A stretch of DNA of 63,975 nt, counting the filler, from Octopus bimaculoides (taxonomy: Eukaryota), in the NCBI RefSeq assembly GCF_001194135.2. It is 5 parts of 3 records of this genome, joined end to end, with 100 filler letters (N's around TTAATTAATTAA, not from the genome) between each part and the next. Parts side by side here need not be neighbours in the genome. Positions count along the whole stretch, not along the records: positions 37,041 to 56,047 come from NC_068986.1; 4 more parts are not named here. One strand, written 5' to 3'. This document shows, one piece after another, positions 40,640-54,788 of the stretch (within the stretch, counting starts at the first letter, position 1; each line of letters begins with the position of its first letter). The notes beneath the pieces were generated by a model. It saw only the letters and a program-made list of their open reading frames with translations, did not search any database and was not told the origin of the DNA. The translations under genes were made by a program, and so were the position numbers.

Positions 40640-41170
40640 TTGTTTGTTCGTTATTTTTGTGCATAACATATAAATACGGTTTATTCGTTATTTCCCATCT
40701 TTGATAATAAGTGCTGAATATTAGTGCCATCTTAAGCTGTCTGTGGAAAAAGCGAGTTAATACAAAGGAAGCTGCAAAAGAAATTAATGATGTTGCAGGC
40801 CTAGAATGTCTCAACGACCGTGTGGCATTAAGTAAGTTCTGGCGTTCAAAACAAGGTGACACCAACCCCCAAGACGAAGCAATATCAGCGAAACCGTCGA
40901 TTATGGAAGATAAGGTCTTGTTGAAATGGTTGAACAACTACCAAGCACAAGCACTCGTACATTGTCGGCAGAATATGGTCCTTCAACATGCAGCATCAGT
41001 CGATACCTATATCTAATTCGGTCTTATAAACGGACGCTGGCGAGAAGCTCATGAACTGAGCAAAATTGAGACTCAATGACCTGTGGACCTTTGCGAACAA
41101 CTGGTGGTAAATCCTCGAAAAGCCCCTTTTTGACTAGGGATGATAAATTGGTATTTTTTCAGACCCTAAG
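40640..41170 (+). pseudogene. Mariner N-terminal remnant
   Basis: KEAAKEINDVAG...VALSKFWRSKQGDTNPQDE, with stops and frameshifts. Confidence 0.75.
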
Positions 41171-41177
41171 AGAAATT

Positions 41178-41560
41178 GTGGGAGTGCAATGGCCCAGTGG
41201 TTAAGACAGCGGACTCGCGGTCATAGGATCGCCATTTCGATTCCCAGACCGGGCGTTGTGAGTGTTTATTGAGAGAAAACACCTAAAAAAGCTGCACGAG
41301 GCTCTGCCAGAGGATGATGGCGAACCCTGCTGTACTCTTTCACTACAACTTTCTCTCACTCTTACTTCCTGTTTCTGTTGTGCCTGTAATTCAAAGGGTC
41401 AGCCTTGTCACACTGTGTCACGCTGAATATCCCCGAGAACTACGTTAAGGGTACACGTGTCTGTGGAGTGCTCAGCCATTTGCACGTTAATTTCACGAAC
41501 AGGCTGTTCCGTTGATCGGATAAACTGGAACCCTCAACGTCATAAGCGACGGAGTGCCAA
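41178..41560 (+). mobile_element. Full-length tRNA-headed SINE
   Basis: A-box-like tggcccagtgg and B-box-like ttcgattcc. The body matches the 18501 and 63279 copies. Confidence 0.9.
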
Positions 41561-42915
41561 CACACACAATAAGAGNNNNNNNNNNNNNNNNNNNNNNNNN
41601 NNNNNNNNNNNNNNNNNNNNNNNNNNNNNNNNNNNNNNNNNNNNNNNNNNNNNNNNNNNNNNNNNNNNNNNNNNNNNNNNNNNNNNNNNNNNNNNNNNNN
41701 NNNNNNNNNNNNNNNNNNNNNNNNNNNNNNNNNNNNNNNNNNNNNNNNNNNNNNNNNNNNNNNNNNNNNNNNNNNNNNNNNNNNNNNNNNNNNNNNNNNN
41801 NNNNNNNNNNNNNNNNNNNNNNNNNNNNNNNNNNNNNNNNNNNNNNNNNNNNNNNNNNNNNNNNNNNNNNNNNNNNNNNNNNNNNNNNNNNNNNNNNNNN
41901 NNNNNNNNNNNNNNNNNNNNNNNNNNNNNNNNNNNNNNNNNNNNNNNNNNNNNNNNNNNNNNNNNNNNNNNNNNNNNNNNNNNNNNNNNNNNNNNNNNNN
42001 NNNNNNNNNNNNNNNNNNNNNNNNNNNNNNNNNNNNNNNNNNNNNNNNNNNNNNNNNNNNNNNNNNNNNNNNNNNNNNNNNNNNNNNNNNNNNNNNNNNN
42101 NNNNNNNNNNNNNNNNNNNNNNNNNNNNNNNNNNNNNNNNNNNNATGAATGTGTATAGATGTGTGCATGTTAAATATATATATATATATGTCTACCAACA
42201 TTAAACAACATGAAATATGAAAACAAATGAGTTAAATATGCAAACAGCGAGAGAATCAAATGGAAAACAAGACAAGTAACACAAAAAATGACGCTTCATC
42301 AGTTGTCGGCTGTCTATCTAATCCACATTTCGAACACTGTACGGCAATATAAATCTTTGAAGACAGTTGCTCCCATAAATACCAAAATAAAATTTTGGAT
42401 TTATGGAGGGTCAAAATTGGGAACAAAAACAGGACGGTGGAGACATACAAGGAAACCGAACGAAAACAAACATGGAGGGTTGTTGAAACAGAACGAGGGT
42501 AAAATAGCGAACCCTGGAGAAATATTTTCTTTCACAAGAGAAAGGATAGAAGAGAAATAGAATATGACCAGTCCTTAAGACAGTCCTGAATTATAAGAAT
42601 GATCGCATGAGGAAAAGAAAGATGGACGATGGTCACGCGCCAGAAACGAGAGAGAGAGATAAAGAGGAAGAGACGGAGAATGAGACAGATAGAAAACAGT
42701 GAAGGGGAGAAAAAAGGGAATTAGAGAAGTATGGAAGAGATAACAGTACGGAATAGAGTCACATGAGAAAGGTTAAGAAACTTACTAGGAAATGAATGCT
42801 TTGAGTTCAATTAAATAATAATATAAATTATATATCTATATATATGTATTTGACCGCTAGCTCCAAGCGTTTATTTTTTAAATTTTATTCTCTCTCTGTG
42901 TATTTCATCGTGTTC

Positions 42916-42952
42916 CTTTCTGTTGAAGGGCTTAGGCTAGAAACGTAAATGA
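42916..42952 (+). ncRNA. Degenerate hammerhead-like motif
   Basis: cttt CTGTTGA a GGGC ttag GCTA GAAA CGTA aatga. Confidence 0.35.
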
Positions 42953-43038
42953 CTTTGTCACCTTCCGGAGCGTCAAACTAAAGCACCTATGTGTTGTTTA
43001 TACTCCTGTCTTAGTCTTGTGATTTTTCTATAAATTTG

Positions 43039-43107
<69 letters not shown>

Positions 43108-45380
43108 NNNNNNNNNNNNNNNNNNNNNNNNNNNNNNNNNNNNNNNNNNNNNNNNNNNNNNNNNNNNNNNNNNNNNNNNNNNNNNNNNNNNNNNNNNNNN
43201 NNNNNNNNNNNNNNNNNNNNNNNNNNNNNNNNNNNNNNNNNNNNNNNNNNNNNNNNNNNNNNNNNNNNNNNNNNNNNNNNNNNNNNNNNNNNNNNNNNNN
43301 NNNNNNNNNNNNNNNNNNNNNNNNNNNNNNNNNNNNNNNNNNNNNNNNNNNNNNNNNNNNNNNNNNNNNNNNNNNNNNNNNNNNNNNNNNNNNNNNNNNN
43401 NNNNNNNNNNNNNNNNNNNNNNNNNNNNNNNNNNNNNNNNNNNNNNNNNNNNNNNNNNNNNNNNNNNNNNNNNNNNNNNNNNNNNNNNNNNNNNNNNNNN
43501 NNNNNNNNNATATATATATATATATATATACATATGGTCATGCATGTATATGTGCATATATGTATGTATGTCGGAGGTATACATATGTGTGTGTGTATGT
43601 GTGTGTTGTACACTCGTAATGTGTTAATGCATAAATATCTTAATATACGTAGACATAATGAAAACAATATCATTATGGTTGTTATTTTATCATTGTCTTT
43701 AGCATTATTACATTATAATACATTACAAAGTATTAATACCATATATCGCATCGGACTTTTATTTAACCACACATACACCATTTTTACATTTGTTGTTCGT
43801 GTTTAGCTACTGTTTTATTTTTGTTGTTGGTGTTTTTTTGTTGTGGTTATTTTCTTCATAATAAAATATGGTTGAGTTCATTTTTGATTCTGTCTCAATG
43901 AAAATATTTCTAAAATATATTGATTAGAAAAATAAAGGTTAAACGAAAAACATGAAAACAAGCAAAGTTCAAAAATAACAAAAATAAAACTGAACAAAAC
44001 AAACAAACAAAAACTATATCAACCAAACAATACAATAATAAAACAATAGAAACTATAAAAAAAAAAACAGAATACAAGGTAAAAAGAAATAATATATAAA
44101 TCATAAATTTTCATTCAATTGAATGAAATTCTGTGTAATTTCGATTGAATGCACTTTGAAATTAAATTGAAAAGTGAATATCTATTATTTATTGTTTATA
44201 TTTTATGTTTTCCTGTATTTATTCTTGTTGCTGTTTTTGATTTTGTTGTTGTTGCTGTTGTTGTGGTGGTGATACTTGTTGTTGTTCTTGTTCTCATGGT
44301 TAGTTTTGTTTCTGATTTTATATACGCAACTAATTTTCTTTATTTTGATTGGTATTTTTGAGGCTCTACTATTATTCCATATTAATTTTTATTTTATTTT
44401 ATTTTATTTTATTCCATTTTTACTTTATATTATTATAATTTATTGTATTTATTAATTTTTTTCCTAATATTATCAAATTTAATTTCGAAGTAGTAGTTTA
44501 TGATTAAAATTAGTCCTGACTTTTATTCGTCGCCAATAAGAAAGCGTGTTTAAAATTATATACATGTATTTATATGTATGTATATATATATATATANNNN
44601 NNNNNNNNNNNNNNNNNNNNNNNNNNNNNNNNNNNNNNNNNNNNNNNNNNNNNNNNNNNNNNNNNNNNNNNNNNNNNNNNNNNNNNNNNNNNNNNNNNNN
44701 NNNNNNNNNNNNNNNNNNNNNNNNNNNNNNNNNNNNNNNNNNNNNNNNNNNNNNNNNNNNNNNNNNNNNNNNNNNNNNNNNNNNNNNNNNNNNNNNNNNN
44801 NNNNNNNNNNNNNNNNNNNNNNNNNNNNNNNNNNNNNNNNNNNNNNNNNNNNNNNNNNNNNNNNNNNNNNNNNNNNNNNNNNNNNNNNNNNNNNNNNNNN
44901 NNNNNNNNNNNNNNNNNNNNNNNNNNNNNNNNNNNNNNNNNNNNNNNNNNNNNNNNNNNNNNNNNNNNNNNNNNNNNNNNNNNNNNNNNNNNNNNNNNNN
45001 NNNNNNNNNNNNNNNNNNNNNNNNNNNNNNNNNNNNNNNNNNNNNNNNNNNNNNNNNNNNNNNNNNNNNNNNNNNNNNNNNNNNNNNNNNNNNNNNATAT
45101 ATATATATTATATATATGTATATAATTTATATAAGTCTGTATATTCCTATCTCTTTATCTATTTCTCTATCTCACATTCTCACTATCTTTTTCCTTCTTT
45201 AAACGTCAGTCACATATCGCATACATGTACTTAAATACATTGATGCATATATAATACTATACACGTACACACATACGTATACATACATGCATACATGCAT
45301 ACATACATACATAAAATATATATATATGTGCGTGCATATGTATATATCTATTTGTATATATGTATGTATATATGTATATC

Positions 45381-45479
<99 letters not shown>

Positions 45480-45966
45480 GCATGTATGTATCCTTGGTTG
45501 TATGTATGTATGTATGTATGTATGTATGTATGTATGTATGTATGTATGTATATATAGGGGTTTATGCGTTCGATTTTGGGCGTGAATGTGTTCCCATGTA
45601 TGTGCGTGTATATATATATGTCTATCGATATATATATATATATATCACTAGAAGTCATATTTTTGGCAAAGTCAACAGGGCAGCGATTGCTATGTCTCAG
45701 CTGGTATCAATCATATCAAATTGTTCCTCTTCGACAACGATGTCTGCGTTCGCTTTGCTGGAAGCTGTCTGTCTGGTCGAACCATTTTCCCCATGTTTAT
45801 GGTTTTACGTGGTTACGAAACATACAACACACGCATAAATTCATACATTTATAACTACCTACCTACATGGTATAAACACGCATACATATGTACATAATAC
45901 ATACATACATACATGCATACATATGTACGTACATACGTGCTTACGTAAGTACATCCCTAGATCGAA

Positions 45967-46021
<55 letters not shown>

Positions 46022-47419
46022 NNNNNNNNNNNNNNNNNNNNNNNNNNNNNNNNNNNNNNNNNNNNNNNNNNNNNNNNNNNNNNNNNNNNNNNNNNNNNNN
46101 NNNNNNNNNNNNNNNNNNNNNNNNNNNNNNNNNNNNNNNNNNNNNNNNNNNNNNNNNNNNNNNNNNNNNNNNNNNNNNNNNNNNNNNNNNNNNNNNNNNN
46201 NNNNNNNNNNNNNNNNNNNNNNNNNNNNNNNNNNNNNNNNNNNNNNNNNNNNNNNNNNNNNNNNNNNNNNNNNNNNNNNNNNNNNNNNNNNNNNNNNNNN
46301 NNNNNNNNNNNNNNNNNNNNNNNNNNNNNNNNNNNNNNNNNNNNNNNNNNNNNNAGTACATATTTACATATATATATATACACATATATATATATGTATA
46401 TATATATTCATCTAAATACGCATACATATATGCATGTACCTATATATATACATGCATGCACATTCATACACACACACATTTACATAAACTTGTATATGGA
46501 TGTGTGCGTGTGTACGTGTGGTGTGTGTGTGTGTGTGTGTGTACATACCTATATGAATTCGTGTATAGCATAGTCACATTGTAGCTTTGGCACAAAACCA
46601 CAAATCTGTAATGAAAAGATTTAGTCGATTGCATTAACCTGGCTCACATTTTCCTACAGATTTTCGCTCTACCCCGCTCCCCTCCTCTGGGATGTAAAGC
46701 AAAATTAAACCTGACAAGATTTGAATTGAAAGTATAGCAAGAATTTTACGCTAACAATAAATTAAAGCAAGCGATGAACGGTGGTGCCACAACGTGGTCT
46801 GTTGATCTGCTAAAATATCTCCTAAATCTTTCTCTCATCACATCCTTCAAGACAGATTGCGCAATACAGTTTTCTGTCTTCTGATTCAATGCGACGATGA
46901 AGATTCTTATGCCTCTGATTACGTCTACACAAAACTCGCATATATATATACACTCACATATATATGCACATACATTTAAATATAAATTTGGATACGTACA
47001 TACATATAGACATACATCGCAATATATTTGATAGAGGTGTGCATCGTTAACCAGCAAGAGATGTTATCTTAGGGTTAAAAAATCGCAGTCCGTTCGAACG
47101 GAACAGCCATGGTGAAGTGGCTACGAACATTACTTTCTAGTACAACAGCAGCTTTCATCGCTTCGATTTTAGAACTAGCTTTTTTGCTTATATATATATA
47201 TTTAAGTATATAATTATTTAAAAATGTAATTATAATTAAGGGCGCCGAAATGCCAGCGCCTATACGCTAGAAGTAGATGTCAGATAACTACAATCCCCTC
47301 TAAATTTGCTCTCGATTTAGAGTATATACAAGTATAAATCATTTTTGAGTTCTCTAGTAAATATATTATGCGGCGTCCTGTTGTTCAATGGCCTCAATTG
47401 TTATTTTTGTGTATGTGTG

Positions 47420-48900
47420 TGTGTGTGTGTAAGCAGATTCCCAACAACACGAGTATTCTGAACGTAATTCTCTGCTCATATTACTTTGAGACGGCATGTA
47501 ATAATTCTTTTTTCTATAGGCACAAGGCGTTTATTTTATTGGCATTTATTTTATCGACCTCGAACTTATGAAAGGTAACGTCGTGCTCGGCTGAATTTGA
47601 ACTCAGAACATAAAGACGGCGTGCTAACGATTCTGCCGGCTCGCTGTTTTAACTCATTATGTAATAATTATTTCAAATTTTTGCTACAAGGGCAGTTTAT
47701 GGGAAGTGGGGATGGATCAGTTACATCAGCCCCAGTGTTCAACTGGTATTTATTTTATCAGCCTCGAAAGGATGAAATGCAAAGTCAACTTTGGCGGAAT
47801 TTGAACTCAGAGCGTACCGACGAATGAAATACCGCTAAGCATTTCGCCCTTCATGCTAACGATTCTGCCAGTTCGCCGCTTTAACTCAGTATATAATAGT
47901 CGTTTCCACTATAGGCACATGGCCTAGACTTTCTGGGGAGGGGTACAGTCGATCATATCGACCCCAGTACTCAACTGGTACTTAATTTATCGACTCCGAA
48001 AAGGATGTAACGCAAAGTCGACCTCGGTGGAATTTGAACGCAGCGGCAGACGAAATACTGCGAAGTATTTCGCCCTACCTGCTTACGATTCTGTTAGATC
48101 ACCACCTTTAACTTCGTAGGTAATAAAGCTGCGATGATCCATCCTGCATTTTGTGTCTACCGATTTCACTCAAATGACTTGTGTTGACACGAGGCTATGG
48201 CAAAGTACTTTCGCTCGAGTCTCACAGAATGGAATCGAACCATGTATCTTATAGATATAAAGAGAACTTCTTAATCACTCACACGTATCGGCATTCATTC
48301 CATTTCAATTAAAATTCTGTAGAAACTTTATGGTAGTACTGAAAATCTAGGGATCGATAAAATACTGAGCCGCGGAAGTTACAATGATTGGTTAATCGCA
48401 TCTTTTCAAAATTTTGAACGGGACTGGCCTAGCGGTTACGTTGGTGTACGCATGATCACAACATCGTGGTTTCGATTCCGGAATCGGACGTTGAATTGTG
48501 CTCTTCATTTCACGTTGTTCCAATCCACTAAGCTGTAATCGAGTGTCCCTGTAATTGATTTGCTTCCCTCTCAACGGGAGGACAGTCAGTTACAGGGTTA
48601 CCTGCTGAGGTTAACTTTGAAGTTTATCGATCGGGATCCATAAATTAAGTGCCAGTTGCAAAGTGGGGCTTCATGTAATCGATTAGCTCTTCCTGCAAAA
48701 TTGTTGGCCTTGTGCCAATAGTTGGAAAGAATAATTAAACTATTTCTACCGTATCTGCTCAGCCGACTTTGATATTTTTTATCCTTTTCGGGTCGTTTAA
48801 GATAAGTTCCAGTTGAGAATTGGGAATGTTGCAATCAGTTAACCCCCTCCTCTTAAATTTTGCTTGTCGCGTACCAAGTTTGAAACCATTATTGCACTTG
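47420..48900. mobile_element. Cluster of nested or tandem tRNA-headed SINE remnants
   Basis: Repeated aatttgaactcaga, tatcgacccc and gtcgacctcgg motifs on the minus strand, with plus-strand remnants at 48.4-48.9 kb. Confidence 0.7.
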
Positions 48901-48929
48901 TTTGTTCCTTCTCGAGCCATTCCTGGCTC

Positions 48930-49205
48930 TTTAGGGCCGGTTTCCAGGTTTCAATGGCGTACAGGTTCTCCACCTGGACGGGAGGCCGGTCCGTCGCAGG
49001 CGAGCTGCAAAGACGCAGGAGGAAAGTGTGAGAGAAAGTTGTGTCGAAAGATTCAGCAGAGGTTCGCCATTATCTTCTGCCGAATCCGCATGGAGCTTAG
49101 ATGTTTCGCTCATAAACACACATATCGTCCGGTATGAGATCCGAACCCGCGATCCCTCGACCTCGATTCCGCTGCTCTAACCATTAAACCATGTTCTTCC
49201 ACATT
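48930..49205 (-). mobile_element. Partial SINE of the 18501/41178 family
   Basis: ggttcgccattatcttctgccgaatccgcatggagcttagatgtttcgctcataaacac matches the family body and head. Confidence 0.7.
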
Positions 49206-51250
49206 ATTGCATTTATTTCCGACACGATGTTATGTACTATAGGTACAACATTGATTTTTTGCAGAAACTTCGGTTCAGAAGCATTTCATTTTTTACTGGT
49301 GTTGCGAACCAAAAGTGCTCGCCTTTTTCAACATACTGCAAATGTAGTGGCTATAAAATTTACTTAAATAATTAAATTAAATAGAGGTACCTGTACATTA
49401 GTGGAAATTAGTGCCGATCATTGCGGGTTTCGAACCGTCTGCACCCGGAAAATCAGTTTTGTATCTGTGTTATCTTCTCCAATGTATTTGCTTAACAGTA
49501 GGTCTGATAATTATTTTAATGAACCCTTGTCTCACTTCATTTCACATTCATTTCATTATACACACCTATGAAACATGTGATGCGTTCAGATTCTGTTTCG
49601 TTTTCCTGGAATTGCCATTTTACTTCAGATGCACTCTAAATTCAATTCTCTTTCCATAGACAAGAACCAAAATACCTCTAATCTCTGATGTACTTAGGCA
49701 TGGGTTTCCTTCATGGTTATTATTATTATTATTGTTATTATTCTAATTGATGTTCCAGCTTTGCTTCATTTGTGAAAATAATATCTTAATGTCATTGTGA
49801 AAGCACAAACCGTGAAGATGCCTCAGTGTTATTTTCACGCGTTATTAAATATATTAATACATAGTACTTCTATCGTAATGTCATCTTTTCTGGAAGAAAA
49901 TAAACAAAATTGAAAAGCCACAAAAATACATTTTTATTATGGCTTTGCAGACAATACGTATGTCGAGTTTTGGTGGGTGAAAATGATATTTTATGAAAAC
50001 TTTGATTGTTCAAATAAACATCTTTTTATATAGATATAAAACAAAACAAAAAAAAACAAAACAAAACCTAAATGAACGTACGCAAATAAATTCTTTTATT
50101 TTTTACTATTCATTTATTTTTGGTTTTTACATTCGATATTTTTTAATGTAATATTCATGTTCTTGTAGCCATTAATTCTCATTCTGGGGTTTCTGCATTA
50201 GTTACGTCATAAAAATTGTAAAATTCTTCAATCAATATAGCTGTAGCAGTTAGCATCGGTTAAGGAACTCTGACAGTTACACCCGTTTTGCAGCAGCACT
50301 ATAGCAGTTACAACTTCCCTATAAAGAATATACATTTATGGATCTTTGAACCTCGGTATCTCGACTATGAGCAAACTTTATTAGTTTTCAACATCGATTA
50401 TTACATAGCTAATCTTAAAAGTTATTTCTTGCTGTATAAAAACAGATTAACTATGATCGAGCTAATCTCTAGCATATATTTGCTGTGGATGCTGTTTAGT
50501 TGTGCTTTAAATATTGCTTTCAGCTGTGAGACAACCGACCAAACACAGTCCTCTGTTCAAATGCACTTCGGCCACGATGGTCACATCATATATAGAATTA
50601 GTCTGTTCCATAAGTGAGACAACAGAATTTTACGTTAGCCAAAATAGACCGCTATCTCAAGAAAAAAAAAAAAGCAAATAGCTAGATACAGGTGACTACG
50701 AAGTTCGTACCAAACATTTTTACGCTATATCATGGATTATTATTCCTTGTTCCGAGTAGACATTAGTAATTTCACGTTAGCTGAAAGTTCTCTTTTTTTT
50801 TTTGTTTTTACATGTTATATGCTATTGAAATTTTCCATATCCTAAACGATAATATAACTTGGTCATCTCCATTTCAACATTTCTTTTCTTTATTAATTTT
50901 TAAAACAACCATAAGACAAAACGGCATGTTTACCTCCAATTACAACTGCAATTCTGTAAAGCAACTGGAATATATGTATATTTTTTATATTTCCGCAATT
51001 TTCAAACAAGCTAGATCCGGCCACTCTCACCTATTTTACAATGTCACTCTGTAAACAACAATCACATCTCGAAATCATGAAGGAGGCGGGCTGTCGATTA
51101 CATCGAACACAGTACTCATCTGGTACTCATTTTATCAACCCCTAAATGATGAAATCCGAAATCGACCTCCATGTACTTTGAACTCAGAAGGTAAAGACGG
51201 GAAAGAAATGTCGTAAGCATTTTGTCTTCTGACTGCTCACCACCTTCTTA

Positions 51251-51290
<40 letters not shown>

Positions 51291-51465
51291 ATAATTATTA
51301 GCATAATTATAATTAGGGATCAGCAAAATTGCTTCACCACATACCGAAATTTAGAAATAGCAGTTAAATATTATTCCTCTGCCATAATATATCTCCCGGA
51401 CAGCAATACTCCCGACTCACACAGGCAAAGAGAAAAAAATAACGAATCCACCCGGCTCTGATTAA

Positions 51466-51529
51466 CTGTATACGCGTTTCTGGATTAAAGAGATGTAAAA
51501 AATATTACTCACTTCCATCATCAGTAGAG
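51466..51529 (-). ncRNA. Minimal type I hammerhead ribozyme, best-preserved copy
   Basis: ctcta CTGATGA TGGA[35 nt]TCCA GAAAC GC GTA tacag. Intact CUGAUGA, GAAA and GUA; palindromic ACGCGU helix III; 4 of 5 stem I pairs. Confidence 0.7.
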
Positions 51530-51783
51530 TATTTCAAATTATAAATCCGAGAATGCTAAGAATTAAGATACGCTTTCGACAAAGCCCCATCGAACAACCT
51601 ATATCCACAAACCAGCATTTTTGAATTCATATAGAAGAGTAAGAACTCGCTTCCCTCACCAATCATCCATGTGCGCTATTAGAAATACCCCAGAAACTGC
51701 AGTTTACTCTCAAGGAGTGAATTATTTGATCAATACAGATATAGGATAAAATTAATTATTAGTTATTAATTTTACCCTCTCTC

Positions 51784-51895
<112 letters not shown>

Positions 51896-52033
51896 TCTCT
51901 CTCTATATATAAATATATATAAAATATACAAGAATAAGGGCAGAGAATCGTCAATTAATAATAGAATTAATAATTAACAATTTTGCCAAGTAGTTCAGTA
52001 TGAAAAAAACCTTTATCGGTAGAACTATTTATC

Positions 52034-52088
52034 ATCATAAATATACAGGGATTAGCAACTCAATTGCTAATCCCTGTATATTTATGAT
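52034..52088. repeat. Perfect hairpin with 25-bp arms and a 5-nt loop
   Basis: atcataaatatacagggattagcaa ctcaa ttgctaatccctgtatatttatgat. Confidence 0.9.
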
Positions 52089-52139
52089 TATAAATATATA
52101 TATATATAGATACATAGATAGATAGATAGATAGATAATT

Positions 52140-52400
52140 TTTCGACATAGTCTCCCTGCTTTTCGATGCACTTCTTCCAGAGGTCCACAAGTTTGCTTTA
52201 TTCCAACAAAGAAGAAGGCATTCGTCTGATCGCGCAGCCATTTATGCAACGTTTCCTGCACTTCACTCATAGCAGATTGACATCATCGTAAAATTGTCTG
52301 AGAGGTCCAAATAGATGATAGTCGAAATGGTAGAGAACTAGCCTATGTTCAGGGTATTCCAGCAACTTGAAGCTCAATTTTTGCGCAAGCATATATTTAT
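52140..52400 (-). pseudogene. Mariner C-terminal remnant
   Basis: DYHLFGPLRQF and SEVQETLHKWLRDQTNAFFFVGIK. Confidence 0.8.
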
Positions 52401-52549
52401 GTATCTGCGCACATATATATGTGTGAGTTCTTGTATATATTATATGTAATACAATTCTGGTTACAGCCTGGTTATAAATAATGATTCTTTTCGTTCTCTT
52501 CAAACTGACGAACTGGTTGTATTGTTTACTAATATCTTACAACTTTACT

Positions 52550-52887
52550 AGTTATGGCGCGTGGCTTAGTGGTTAGGGCATTCTGGTCACGATCATAAGG
52601 TCACGAGTTCAATTCGCGGCAACGTGTTGTGTCCTTGAGTAAGACACCTTATTTCACGTTGCTCCAGTCCACTCAGCTTGCAAAAGTGAGTTGTACCTGT
52701 ATTTCAAAGGGCCGGCCTTGTCACACTCTTGTGTCACACCGAATCACCCTGAGAACTACGTTAGGGGTACAGGTATCTGTGGAGTGCTCAGACACTTGCA
52801 CGTTAATTTCACGAGTGAGCTGTTCCGTTGATCGTATCAGCTGGGACCCTCGTCGTCGTAACCGACGGAGTGCTCCTTAACATAACA
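52550..52887 (+). mobile_element. tRNA-headed SINE with an 11-bp target-site duplication
   Basis: TSD acaactttact at 52539-52549 and 52888-52898. Confidence 0.88.
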
Positions 52888-53499
52888 ACAACTTTACTGT
52901 AAAGACATCCACGTTTCTGCTTTATTCACACCCAATCTGTGTTTTGTCACTATCGACAAAACACGAGATTATTAACTGCCACTGAAAATAAAACTCATTG
53001 TTATTAGCATGGTGATGGAAGCATATAATTACTATTATGTATTGACCACAAGCAACAGTAAAGACGAGGCCAACTTCATTTTACTAGACCACGCTATCTC
53101 GAAGGTGAGTGAATCGGATCCTGTCGTTCGCGAGAAATGATTTATTAAATAGCTATGTAGTGGCTGCTCTCCTAAGCATGTCACTCCGAACGGCAGGTTG
53201 AGTCGTTTCGAATCGTATGCAAGCGATTCTTTCCGTTTCCATCGCTGACGTATGTTTTGTATTTTTATATATTTTACTTGTTTCGGTCATTAGACTGCAT
53301 CCTTAGTGGGGCAACACGGTGAGGAATTATAGTTTAACGAATCACTCCCAGTGCTTTAAAAAAATCTGGTACTTATTCTACCGGGAAGTAAACACACCAG
53401 CAGCGGTTGAGAAAGCGGTGGTGGGAGACAGACACACCCGCATACACGCACACACACACACGCACACAAACACGTACATACTCACACACATATATATAC

Positions 53500-53537
<38 letters not shown>

Positions 53538-54752
53538 TTGAGAGTGTATATATTTGTGTGTATGTGTATATATATATAAATATATATATAATTAAATAAG
53601 TAAATGTATATATATATACGACGGGCTTCTTTCAGTTTCCGTCTACCAAATCCACAAACAAATCTTTAGTCAACTCGAAGCTATAGTTGTAGAAGACACA
53701 TTTGGTGCTCCGCGATGGGACTGAACCGAGAACCTTTTGGTTCAGAAGTAAACCGTTTTCTTACCACTTACTACACACCCACACCTGCGCCTATATATGC
53801 TGATAATTCTCCTTTAAATCGAAACCAAAACACATATTTCAAAATATTCTATGGTGTTGCCCAAGACAATGCTAAGAAGTATTTTGAAGAATATTGAGTT
53901 TACAAATGGAAACATATTTAATCACTGACAGAACCTCCAAGACTGTGAACAAGGCAGTTCCTCCTCTCATCAAACTACAACTTGTATTTTAATATTTTTT
54001 CGCTGTGAGTTCCATTATATTAAGTCTTCAACGCATCTCAACACACAAAGCTAAAATAGGTAATACAACAGAATATATTCATTTTATAGGTGTGCATGTG
54101 TTTATGTGTGTATATGTTTCTGGAAGTATACATCTATGTGAGCGTATTTGTGTACGACTACCTGTGTGTGTGTGTGTGTGTGTGTGTGTTTATGTGAAAT
54201 ATATTTGTGAATATCTGTATACTTATATGTAAATACGCATATGTAAGTTCATATGTATATATATATATAAAGATATATATATATATACATATATATACGT
54301 ATGTANNNNNNNNNNNNNNNNNNNNNNNNNNNNNNNNNNNNNNNNNNNNNNNNNNNNNNNNNNNNNNNNNNNNNNNNNNNNNNNNNNNNNNNNNNNNNNN
54401 NNNNNNNNNNNNNNNNNNNNNNNNNNNNNNNNNNNNNNNNNNNNNNNNNNNNNNNNNNNNNNNNNNNNNNNNNNNNNNNNNNNNNNNNNNNNNNNNNNNN
54501 NNNNNNNNNNNNNNNNNNNNNNNNNNNNNNNNNNNNNNNNNNNNNNNNNNNNNNNNNNNNNNNNNNNNNNNNNNNNNNNNNNNNNNNNNNNNNNNNNNNN
54601 NNNNNNNNNNNNNNNNNNNNNNNNNNNNNNNNNNNNNNNNNNNNNNNNNNNNNNNNNNNNNNNNNNNNNNNNNNNNNNNNNNNNNNNNNNNNNNNNNNNN
54701 NNNNNNNNNNNNNNNNNNNNNNNNNNNNNNNNNNNNNNNNNNNNNNNNNNNN

Positions 54753-54788
<36 letters not shown>

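Noticed and set aside
42280-42320. CTGATGA core on the minus strand in a Penelope-like context
   Set aside because: No stem II or GAAA follows.
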